A stretch of 64,000 bases of DNA from Mobula hypostoma (taxonomy: Eukaryota): NCBI RefSeq assembly GCF_963921235.1, contig NC_086100.1, positions 200,572,001-200,636,000 on the forward strand, read 5' to 3'. The translations under genes and the position numbers were made by a program. Under the pieces are notes generated by a model. It did not search any database and had not been told where the DNA came from. It worked only from the letters and a program-made list of their open reading frames with translations. The first letter of the stretch is position 1; each line of letters starts with the position of its first letter. Shown in pieces: positions 42,101 to 54,800 of this stretch.

Positions 42101-45100
42101 AAAGGAGCTGGAAAAGGTATGTAAAAAGGGTAATGGCACAATTATAAAAAGGGACTTCAATATGCAAAAGGATTGGGAAAATCAAGTTGGTGTTGGATCA
42201 CAAGAGAGGGAATTTGTTGAATGCCTACAAGTTGCCTTTCTAGAGCAGTTTGTGCCAAACTCAGGGAAAGGCCATCTTACATTAGGTGTTCTGTAATAAC
42301 TCAGGTCTTATTAGGGAGCAAGATCTAAAGGAGCCCTTCGGAGGCAGTGATCAGAATATGATTGAATTCTTACTGCAATTTGAGAGGGAGAAGCTTAAGT
42401 CACGTATCAGTATTGCAATGGAATAAAGGGAATTACAGAGGCATGAGAGAGGAGCTTGCCCAGGTGGATTGGAGAGGGATACTGGCGGGGTTGATGGCAG
42501 AGCAGAGATGGCTGAAGTTTCTGGGAATAGTTCACAAGGTGCAGGATATGTCCCACAGAAGTTGTTCTCAAATGGCAGGGGTAGGCAACCATGGCTGACA
42601 AGGGAAGTTAAGGACTGTATAAAAGCCAAGGAAAGGGCATATAAGGTAGCAAAAGTGAGTGGGAAGTTGGATGATTGGGAAGTTTTTAAAATCCAACAAA
42701 AGGCAACTAAAAAAACTATAACAAGAGGAGGAGGAGGAGAAGGAACTTTGACTCAGACCATGAGAGGCCTGCGTCGGGCATTTTCATGCCTTACAAGGCG
42801 CAGATTGGAAGTCTGTGTGGGGCGCCACTCCTCACACAGACACTAGAGCAATGTGTGATTAAGTGCCTTGCTCAAGGGCACAAACACACTACCACAGCTG
42901 AGGCTCGAACTAGTGACCTTGAGGTAACTAGACGAACGCTTTAACCACTTAACCACGTGCCCAACACAAGAGAAAAGATTAAATATGAGGGCAAACTAGC
43001 CAATAATATAAAACAGGATACCAGAAGTTTTTCCAGTTATATAAAGAGTAAAAGGGAGGTGAACTAAATGGCAGATGAACTTAATGGGTACTTTGCATGT
43101 CTTCACTGTGGACGTCACCAGCAGTGTGCCAGAAGTCCGAGAGTGTCAGGGAGCAGGAGAGAGAGCCATTGCTGTTACAAAGAAAAAGGTGCCAGGCAAA
43201 CGGAAAGATTTTAGGTGGATAAATCACTGGACAAGATGGACTACATCCCAGAGTCCTGAGAGAGGTTACTGAAGAGATAACGGATGCATTGGTCCTGACC
43301 TTTCAAGAACACACTTATTTCTGGCATGGTCCTGGAGGACTAGAAGATTGCAAATGTCACTCCGTTCTTTAAGAATGGAGGAAGGCAATTGAAAGGAAAT
43401 TATAGGTCAATTAGCCTAACCTCAGTGGTTGGAAAAGTGTTGGAATCTATTACTAAGGATGAGGTTTCGGGGTACTTGGAGAATAATGATAAAATAAGGC
43501 AAAGTCAGCATGGTTTCTGTAAAAGGAAATCTTGGCTGACAAATCTGTCAGAGTTCTTCGTGGAAGTTACAAGCAGGGTGGACAAAGGAGAGGCAGTGGG
43601 TGTCATTTACTTGGATTTCAGAAGGCGTTTGATAAGGTGCCACACAGGAGGCTGCTTAACAAGATAAAATCCTGTGGTGTTACAGGAAAGGTACTGGTGT
43701 GGATAGAGGGATGGCTGACAGGCAGGAGGCAGTGAGTGGGAATAAAGGGGGCCTTTTCTGTTTGGCTGCCAGTGACTAGTGGTGTTCCTCAGGAGTCAGT
43801 ATTGGGACCACTACTTTTCACATTGTTTGCCAATGATTTGGAAAATGGCATTGATGGCTTTGTGGCAAAGTTTGTGAAGGATACAAAGATAGGTGGAGGG
43901 ATAGGTCGTGCTGAGGAAGCAATGGGATTGCAGCAGGACTTAGACAAATTGCAAGAATGGGCAAAAAGGAAGGAGTAGCGGACCGCACGACCCAATTTAC
44001 ATCAGTGGTGCGCAAGTAGAACAGGTCAAAAGCTTTAAGCTCCTCGGGGTCAATATCACAAATGACCTGACTTGGTCCAACCAAGCGGAGTTCACTTCCA
44101 AGAAGGCCCCCCAGCCCCTTTACTTCCTGAGAAAGGTAAAGAAATTTGGCCTGTCCCCTAAAACCCTCACTAATTTTTATAGATGCACCGTAGAAAGCAT
44201 TCTTCTAGGGTGCATCATAACCTGGTATGGAAGTTGTCCTGTCCAAGACCGGAAGAAACTGCAAAAGATTGTAAGCACAGCGCAGCACATCACACAAACC
44301 AATCTTCCGTCCTTGGACTCACTTTACACCGCACGCTGTCGGAGCAGTGCTGCTAGGATAATCAAGGACACGACCCACCCAGCCGACACACATCTCGTCC
44401 TTCTTCCCTCCGGGAGAAGACTCAGGAGCTTGAAGACTCGTACGGCCAGATTTGGGAACAGCTTCTTTCCAACTGTGATAAGACTGCTGAATGGATCCTG
44501 ACCCTGATCTGGGCCGTACCCTCCAAATATCCAGACCTGCCTTCGGTTTTTTTTTGCACTACCTTAGTTTCCCTTTTCTATTTTCTATTTATGATTTATA
44601 ATTTAAATTGTTAATATTTACTATCGATTTGTAATCCAGGGAGCGCAAAGCGCAGAATCAAATATCGCTGTGATGATTGTACGCTCTAGTATCAATTGTT
44701 TGGTGACAATAAAGTAAAGTTAAGTAATGCATTTTGGTAAAAAGGAATAATAGTACGGACTATTATCTAAATGGGGAGAAGGTTCAAACATCAGAGGTGC
44801 AGAGGGACTTAGGAGTCCTTGTGCAAGACCCAGAAGGTTAATTTACAAGTTGAGTCTATGGTAAGGAAGGCAAATGCAATGTTGGTATTTATTTCAAGGG
44901 GAGTAGAATATAAAAACAAGGAGATAATGCTGAGCCTCTATAAGACACTAGTCAGGCCGTACTTCGAGTATTGTCAATGGTTTTGGGCCCCATATCTCAG
45001 AAAGGATGTGTTGTCATTGGGGAGAGTCCAGAGGAGGTTCACAAGGATTATTCCAGGAATGAAGGGGTGAACGTATGAGGAGCGTTCGGCAGCTTTGGGC

Positions 45101-48100
45101 CTGAACTCACTGGAATTTAGGAGAATGCGTGGGGATCTCATTGAAACTTACTGAATGTTGAAAGGACTAGATAGGGTGAATGTGGAGAGGGTGTTTCCTA
45201 CGGTGGGGGTATCCAGAACTAGAGGGCACAGCCTCAAAACTGAGGGGTGACCTTTTAGAAACATAGAAAATAGGTGCAGGAGTGGGCCATTTGGCCCTTC
45301 GAGCCTGCACCGCCATTTATTATGATCATGGCTGATCATCCAACTCAGAACCCTGTACCAGTCTTCCCCCCATACCCCCTGATCCCTTTAGCCACAAGGG
45401 CAATATCTAACTCCCTCTTAAATATAGCCAATGAACTGGCCTCAACTGTTTCCTGTGGCAGAGAATTCCACAGATTCACCACTCTCTGTGTGAAGAAGTT
45501 TTTCCTAATCTCGGTCCTAAAAGGCTTCCCCTTTATCCTCAAGCTGTGACCCCTTGTTCTGGACTTCCCCAACATGGATTCTTAGAACAGCTTGTACTGG
45601 AGCCTACCAGAGAGAACGCAATTCTAGATTTAGTGTTGTGCAATGAACCGGATTTGATCAGGGACCTCGAGGTAAAGGAGCCATTAGGAGGTAGTGACTA
45701 TAATATGATAAGTTTTAATCTACAATTTGAGAGGGAGAAGGGAAACTTGGAAGTGTCAGTATTACAGTTGAACTAAGGGAACTATGGTGCTATGAGGGAG
45801 GAGCTGGCCAAAGTTCAATGGAACAATACCCTTGCAGGGATGACAGTGGAACAGCAATGGCAAGTGTTTCTGGGAATAATGCGGAAGATGCAGGATCAGT
45901 TCGTTCCAAAGAGGAAGAAAGATCCTAAGGGGAGTAAGGGGAGGCCGTGGCTGACAAGGGAAGTAATGGACAGTATAAAAATAAAAGAGAAGAGGTATGA
46001 CATAGCAAAGATGAGTGGGAAGCTGGAGGATTGGGAAACTTTTAAAGAGCAACAGAAGGTAACTTAAAAGGCAATACGTGGAGAAAAAATGAGGTACGAA
46101 AGTAAACTAGCCAAGAATATAAAGGAGGATAGTAAAAGCTCCTTTAGGTACGTGAAACGGAAAAAAAATAGTTAAGACCAAAATTGGGCCCTTGAAGACA
46201 GAAGTGGGTGAAATTATTATGGGGAAGAAGGAAATGGCAGACGAGTTGAACAGGTACTTTGGATCTGTCTTCACTAGGGAAGACACAAACAATCTCCCAG
46301 ATGTAATAATGGCCAAAGGACCTAGGGTAATGGATGAATTGAAGGAAATTTATATTAGGCAGGAAATGGTGTTGGATAGGCTGTTGGGTCTGAAGGCTGA
46401 TAAGTCCCCGGGACCTGATGGTCTGCATCCCAGGATACTAAGGAGGTGGCTTTAGAAATCGTGGATGCATTGGTAATCATTTTCCAATGTTCTATAGATT
46501 CAGGCAACACACATCAAAGTTGCTGGTGAACGCAGCAGGCCAGGCAGCATCTCTAGGAAGAGGTACAGTCGACGTTTCAGGCCGAGACCCTTCGTCAGGT
46601 CTCGGCCTGAAACGTCGACTGTACCTCTTCCTAGAGATGCTGCCTGGCCTGCTGCATTCACCAGCAACTTTGATGTGTGTTGCTTGAATTTCCAGCATCT
46701 GCAGAATTACTGTTGTTATGTTTTTTTCTATAGATTCAGGATCAGTTCCTGTGGATTGGAGGGTGGCTAATGTTGTCCCTCTCTTCAAGAAGGGAGGAAG
46801 AGAGAAAACAGGAAATTATAGACCGGTTAGCCTGACGTCGGTGGTGGGAAAGATGCTGGAGTCAATTATAAAAGATGAAATTACGACACATCTGGGTAGT
46901 AGTAACAGGATTGGTCCGAGTCAGCATGGATTTACGAAGGGGAAATCGTGCTTGACTAATCTTCTGGAATTTTTTGAGAATGTAACTATGAAAATGGACA
47001 AGGGAGAGCCAGTAGATGTAGTGTACCTGGACTTTCAGAAAGCCTTTGATAAAGTCCCACATAGGAGATTAGTGGGCAAAATTAGGGCACATTGCATTAG
47101 GGGCAGAGTACCGACATGGATTGAAAATTGGCTGGCTGACAGAAAACAAAGAGTAGCGATTAACGGGTCCCTTTCGGAATGGCAGGTGGTGACCAGTGGG
47201 GTACCGCAGGGTTCAGTGCTGGGACCGCAGCTGTTTACAATATATATTAATGATTTAGATGAGGGAATTAAAAGTAACATTAGCAAATTTGCCGATGACA
47301 CAAAGCTGGGTGGCAGTGTGAAATGTGAGGAGGATGTTATGAGAATGCAGGGTGACTTGGACAGGCTGGGTGAGTGGGCAGATGCAGTATAATGTGGATA
47401 AATGTGAGGTTATCCACTTTGGTGATAAGAACGGGAAGGCAGATTATTAACTAAATGGAGTCAAGTTAGGAAAAGGGGAAGCACAACGAGATCTAGGTGT
47501 TCTTGTACATCAGTCACTGAAAGCAAGCATGCAAGTACAGCAGGCAGTGAAGAAAGCTAATGGCATGCTGGCCTTCATAACAAGGGGAATTGAGTCTAAG
47601 AGCAAAGAGGTCCTTCTGCAGCTGTACAGAGCACTGGTGAGATCACACCTGGAGTACTGTGTGCAGTTTTGGTCTCCAAATTTGAGGAAGGACATTCTTG
47701 CTATTGAGGGAGTGCAGCGTAGGTTCACAAGGTTAATTCCCGGGATGGCGGGACTGTCCTATGTTGAAAGCTTGGAGCGACTGGGCTTGTATACTCTGGA
47801 ATTTAGAAGTCTGAGAGGGGATCTTATTTAAACATATAAGATTACTAAGGGATTGGACACGCTGGAGGCAGGAAACATGTTCCTGCTGATGGGTGAGTCC
47901 AGAACCAGAGGCCACAGTTTGAGAATTAGGGGTAGGCCATTTAGAACGGAGTTTAGGAAAAACTTTTTCACCCAGAGAGTGGTGGATATATGGAATGCTG
48001 TGCCCCAGAAGGCTGTGGAGGCCAAGTCTCTGGATGCTTTCAAGAAAGAGATGGATAGAGCTCTTAAAGATAGCAGAATCAAAGGTTATGGGGATAAGGC

Positions 48101-48785
48101 AGGAACTGGATACTGATTGTGGATGATCAGCCATGATCACAGTGAATGGCGGTGCTGGCTCGAAGGGCCGAATGGCCTACTCCTGCACCTATTGTCTATT
48201 GTCTATTGCCTTGAAGTCTGGTGTGGATAGCTCTGTGCCGCCAGCTGGTTACAGGCTCAGAGCCATCACATGCTCCTGATACATTAACCCTTTCTTTCCC
48301 AGAATCATACTCGCATATCTGAGTGTTTGACTCTCTCTCATTGCAGGCACTTCGACGGGATCCATCCTTGTCTTTAATATTCCTCCTAAAGGGACCAATA
48401 TCACTATGTCAGAAGTTCTGGAGGAGCACAGGGACCCAATCACTGATATTGCATGTGACTCCTCTGAAGATAAGGTAACCAGGATACCATTCATGAGAGC
48501 CTCGAAACCTTGTCCAACCAATTAATTAGATGAGGCCTGATCAACACCAATCTGGGGCAACTTGATTGGAATCTGGGGGAAATAAAGAATGGATTGATGT
48601 AGGATTAGTGTAAATGGTTGGTCGACACAGATTTTGTGGGCTAAGGGCCTGTTTCCGTGTTGTGTATCTGTGGGTTAAAGTTTATTTTTGAAAATTACAA
48701 ATAAATTTATCATCAAAGTACATATATGTCATCAGATAGTACCATCTTGCAGACATTCATGTAAATAGAAAGAAATACAGTAGTA

Positions 48786-48819
<34 letters not shown>

Positions 48820-51800
48820 GGACAAACAACAAATAGGCAAAATACAAAACTATGCAAATACAAAAGGAAAAATAAATAAATAAGCAATAAATATTGAAAA
48901 CATGATTTGTAGAGTCTTTAAAATAGTAGTCATAGTCATAAGTCATACTTTATTGATCCCGGTGGAAATTGGTTTTTGTTACAGTTGCACCATAAATAAT
49001 AAATAGTAATAGAACCATAAATAGTTAAATAGTAGTATGTAAATTATGCCAGTAAATTATGAAATAAGTCCAGGACCAGCCTATCGGCTCAGGGTGTCTG
49101 CAGCTTCAACGTGTTACCGTGAGAAAATAAAATACAACAAATAACTAAGTTAATAAGTTTAAAAGTAAGAAATTACGGAGCAACTGTAACCGGCTGCATG
49201 CACGACCGGCACATGTGCACTTATGTGAGTCCATATGTTGTAGAATCAGTCTGGTGTTGGGGTGAGTGACCCAGAACAGATCCTCTGAAATGATAATGTT
49301 GAGGAATTTAAAGTTGCCTACTCTTTCTACCTCTGATTCCCTTATGAGGACTGGCTCATGAGGAGGGCTTTACCTGTAATGGACTGGGCCTTATTCACTA
49401 CTCTTTGTAGCTTTTTATGTTCAGAGACATTGGTGTTCCCATACTCGGCTGTGATGCGACCAGTCAGTATATTCTCCACAGCACCTATATAGAATTTTGT
49501 CAACGTTTTAGATGACATGCCAAGTCTGTACAAACTTCTAAGAAAATAGATACGATGCCATGCCTTCTTTGTGATGGCAGTTAAGTGTTGGACCCAGAAC
49601 AGGTCCTCTGAAATGATAATGCCAAGGAAATTTCAAGTTGCTGGCTCTCCCCCTCTGATCCCTTGATGAGGATCAGTGCACTCTCAATCTCAAATGCAAT
49701 ATTCTCCCATCTCCCCGTTCTGGTGTGTTTATCTGACAGTAGGCTGCGTTGAGACAGACTGACGTTGTTTTGAATTTACAGGGCTGCAATGCAGATATGG
49801 TGACGGCTGATGACTCCGGGCTCCTCTGTGTCTGGAAATCAGGAGAAGATTTTACACTCATCAACAAGATTTCATCTTACGGGTGAGTGGTGGCAGAAAC
49901 ATTTCAGTTTATCTGTAACAGAGAAATGTATGGGTCATTGATAATTAATAGAGGGATAATAAGAGGGATAAATGGTGCTTGAGCTAAAAATCTTACTTAG
50001 GACCATAATACAAGGAGCAGAATTAGACCATCTGGCCCATCGAGTCTTCTCTGTCATTCCACCATGACTGATTTATTATCCCTCTCAACCCTATTCTGCT
50101 TTTTCCCCATAACCTTTGATGCCCTTACTAATGAAGAGTCTATAAATCTCTGTTTTACATATACCTAATGGCTTGACCTCTCAGCCATCTGTGCTAATAA
50201 GTTCCACAGATTCTTCACCTCTAGCTAAAGAAATTCCTCCTCATCTCTGTTGTAAATGGACAGCCCTCTATCCTGAGACTGTGTCCCATGGTCCTAGACT
50301 CCCCCACATCCTCTCTACATTCACTCTATCCAGACTTTTCAATATTCGATAGGTTTCCATGAGATCCCCTCTCGTTCTTCTAAACTCCAGCAAGTACAAG
50401 ACCCAGAACCATTAAACCCTCCTCATATGTTAACCCCTTTATTCCCAGAATCATTCACATGAACCTCCTCTGGATCCTGTTCAATGCCAGCACATTGTTT
50501 TATTTGAGCAGGGTCAAAGGGCCGAATGGCCTAATTCTGTTCCTCTATCTTATATTCTTTTAGATAAGAGGCTCAAAACTGCTCACAGTACTCTAAATGC
50601 AATCTGACCAATGCCTTAGAAAGTTTCAGCCTTACATCCTTGCTTTTATATTGTAGTTCTCTTGAAATGAATGCTAACATCACATTTGTCTTCCTCAACT
50701 CAAACAAATAGCAGTGAGCCTAGAACTGACCCTGAGAAACACCACTAATCATGGGCCTTCAGGCCGAGAAGCTACTTTTCTCCACCACTCTCTGCTTTCT
50801 TTCATCGGGAAAAATTTGTTTCGAGTTGTCTAGCTCTCCCTGGATGCCATGTGATCTAACCTTAAAGAGCAGCCTATCATGTGGAACCTTATCAAAAACC
50901 TTACTCATGTAGACCATGTCTACTGTCTTTCCCTCATTAACTTCATCAAAATATGGGGTGTCAGTGGTGTGTGGCAGTTAATGTGACAATATTACAGCTT
51001 GGGGTCAGAGTTCGGAGACCAATTCCGGTGTCCAACAAAGAAATTTGTATGTTCTTGACGTATATGTGTGGGTTTCCTGCCAAAGTCCAATGAATATCAG
51101 TTAGTGGGTTAATTGGTCATTGTAAATTCTCTTGTGATTGATTGGCATCCGTCTGTCTCAAAGGACAATGGGTGATGATGATCATCATCACAAGCCTGGG
51201 CAGAAGGTATGGAGATCTTGAGATGCCCAGTCCTTGAGATGCCCAGTCGTCTAGATACCCCTCTTGGTTTATGTTTGGCACCAGCTTGGCTACAGGAGCT
51301 GCTGGAAGGATGTTCAATGATGTCCAGCTGACTTGGGAGTTCCACTCTGGATTTGCTGTCTGGGTTTACTCCCGTAGTCTTCGTCTCTCCCAAGGCTGCC
51401 CACAAGGCAGTGGGGGATCTGGTTCACAAGCAAAGGGCATGTCCATACTCCGGTAAGCCTGTGTGTTACATTTGCAGGGGCTGAACCTGCTCCTCATCCT
51501 CTGTAGTTCAACCTGAGTCCAAAAGAAGTTCAGTTTCCGTGTGTCGCCTGTGAGGAGGCACTGGATCAGGAGAGGCTGTGTACTGGCAGGGAGAGATTCC
51601 GTTTTGCAAGACTGCTAGCCGGCGGTGGAAGCTGAAAGCGGCAGCTTCCATACTAGGTGCATCACGATAACTTATGATTAGGCTAAGATTAAATAGGCGG
51701 GTTGCTGGGCAGGGCAGCTCAGGTCCAGTTCTGTGCTGGGTCTCTAAATAAATAAATAAAAGTCAATTGGAGTGTATTGTCATGTGCACAAACAGAGTGG

Positions 51801-54800
51801 AATAAAAAGCTTCCTTGTCGCAAGCATGTAGAATCAGACAAAACACAGAGCATAAACTCTTAAGGTGAAGAAAAGAGTATGCAGGACTTTAGTGCAAAAG
51901 CACAATTAAAAGCAATCTATGGTAGCAGGTGGCCCATTGTGATCTGTTGCTGAGGTTGAGATAGAATTGTGCAGCTCTGTTCAAGAACCTGGTGATTGCA
52001 GGGAAGTAGCATAATGGATGAAATTTTTGATGGCTAAGACCATGAGATATAGGAGCAGAATTAGGCAATTTGGCCTATCGACTCTGCTCCACTATTTCAT
52101 CATGGCTGAACCAATCTTCCTTTTAGCCCCAATCTCCTGCCTTTCTCCCAGTATTCCTTCATGCCCTGACCAATCAAGAATCTATCAACATCTGCCTTAA
52201 GTATAGATAAAGACTTGGCTTCCGCAGCTGCCTGTGGCAAAGAATTCCACAGATCCACCAATCTCTGGCTAAGGAAATTCCTCCTCATCTCTGTTCTAAA
52301 AGGATGCCACTCTATTCTAAGGTATGTCCTCTGGTCTTAGACTCTCCTACCACAGGAAACATCCTCTCCATATCCACTTTATCAAGGCCGTTCACCATTT
52401 GATTGGTTTCAGTGAGATCACCATCATTCTTTTGAGTTCCAGTGAACAGACCGATCAAACACTCTTCATGTCACAAGACATTTAATCCTGGAATAATTTT
52501 CATGAACCTTCTTTGAATCATCTCCAGTTTCAGCACATCCTCTTGAAGATAAGGGGCCCAAAACTGCTGACAATGCTCCAAGCAAGAGCTTGCCAGTGCT
52601 TTATAAAGTCTCAATGTTACATCCTTGCTTTTATATGAACCTGGTCAGGTGTCAGATCTCTCGGTGGGAGAGCATTTTGGAGGTAGTGACCACAACTCTT
52701 ATCTTCTTCACCATAGCGCTGGAGAGGTATAGGAGCAGACAATTTCAGAAATCCTTTTATTGGGGTAGGGGTAAATATGATGCTATTAGGCAGGAACTTG
52801 GGTACATAAATTGGGAGCAGATGTTCTCAGGGAAATGCACGGCAGAAATGTGGTAAATGTTCAGGGAACATTTACATGAAATTCTGCGTAGGTATGTTTC
52901 ATTGAGGCAAGGGAAGGATGGTAGGGTCGAAGAACCATGGTGTACAAAGTATGTAGAAAATCTAGTTAAGAAGAAAAGAGAAGCTTACAAAAGGTTCAAG
53001 AAACTAGCTACTGTTAAAGCTCTAGAAAATTACAAGGGTGCTAGGAAGGAGCTTAAGAATGGAATTTGGAGAGCCAGAAGGGGCCATGAGAAGGCCTTGG
53101 TGAGCAGGATTAAGGAAAACCCCAAGTCATTCTACAAGTATGTGAAAAGCAAGAAGATGAGGCATGTCAGAATAGAACCCAATCAGGTGCGATAGTGGAA
53201 ACGTGTGCATGGAGTCGGGGGAGGTAGCAGAGGTACTTAATGAATACTTTGCTTCAGTATTCACCAAGAAAAAAAGCCTTGGCAATTGTGGGGATGCTTA
53301 CAGCGGACTGAAACGCTAGAGCATATAGTCATTAAAAAAGAGGATGTGCTGGAGCTTTTGAAAAGCATTAAGTTAGATAAGTCACCGGGACTGGATGAGA
53401 TATACCCTAGGCTATTATGGGAAGCGAGGGAGGAGATTGCTGAGCCTCTTGCGATGATCTTTGCGTTATCAACGGGGACGGGAGAGGTACCGGAGGATTG
53501 GAGGGTTGCAAATATTGTTCTTTTGTTCAAGAAAGGGAGTAGAGATAACCCAGGAAATTATAGACCAGTGAGCCTTACTTCAGTGGTGGGCAAGTTGTTG
53601 GAGAAGATCCTGACAGGCAGAATTTATGAACATTTGAGAGCCATAATTTGATTAGGGATAGTCAGCATGGCTTTGTCAAGGGCAGGTAGTGCCTTAGGAG
53701 CCTGATTGAATTCTTTGAGGATGTAACAAAACACATTGATGAAGGTAGAACAGTGGATATAGTTACGTAACCGACAACAATGAATATCAATTGAAACAGA
53801 TTGTATAAAAACAACCAAACATTTATTAAACATGGATAAACGATAAAAAAAACAAACAAAAACCTTAACCGGAAGTTAACCACAATGCAGCCGTTCAACA
53901 AGTCGTCACTGGGCACTGGTTCTTAAAGCGTTAAATGGGAAAACAGTTCTTAAAGCAGTAAAGTCAGATATAGTTCTTAAAATGGTAAATTCGGGGGAAG
54001 TCCAACAGATTTATATGTTCAATTGGGAGAGACTTCTCTGGAGAAGGATTTCTTCATAGATACGACTTTCCTGTTGGTTCTGTCCAAAGGATTCACGATG
54101 CAGGAAATAAACAGTTTAAAACAACTGACCTTAAATTCTAGAGAGCACCTTGCATGAACTTCCTTTTCTTTTGGCAAGAGTTATCTTCGATGCAGGTCAC
54201 TACTCCTTCAACGAAGACTCAATAAGGTTGATCCTTTGTTAAACTGCTGAACGATGCCGACTCATCTCAATCCTTCGAGTCCTGTACTTCGATGAAGTCT
54301 TCACTCTCCCATACTACTGCTGGAATAAGGTACATCAACATATCTTGCAAAAATTGCCAATCCAGCACTATTGTACCTTGCAACAGAACGTAACAACCGT
54401 TTTAAAAATGAAGCTGCGTCATAAAAACAAATACGCAACAGAAACGGAGACACGGTACGTTCTAGCTGGATACTAAAAACTAAAAACTAACTGCGTCATC
54501 TGGGGTCTTGCCTTATATACCCGTGGTGCACGTGTCATCACGTGACCTCACATCGGTGGGAAAATTACATCAGGTGACCTCCAAAAGACCATTACATCAT
54601 TCTCACAAAAAAAAATCACGGATCTCCTTGAGGTATGTAACAATATAGTGTATATAGATTTCAGTAAGGCATATGATAAGGTTCCTCATGCAAGACTCCT
54701 TCAGAATGTAAGGGGGTATGGGATCCAAGGAGACCTTGCTTTGCAGATCCAGAATTGGCTTGCCCACAGAAGGCAAAGGGTGGTTGTTGATGGTTCATAT

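Larger units (their letters stand above)
40405..45258 (+). mobile_element. Long decayed CR1 host with three nested insertions
   Basis: SGNH remnant about 40650-41090, APE 41181-42600, RT 43389-43978 and 44819-45070. Confidence 0.85.

Noticed and set aside
42870..42965. tRNA gene
   Set aside because: The A and B boxes belong to a SINE head followed by a CORE-like body, tail and TSD.
45257..45600. Twin-priming 5' inversion of a CR1
   Set aside because: The minus piece is a 3' end with a different tail and UTR, so it is an independent insertion and not the inverted 5' part.
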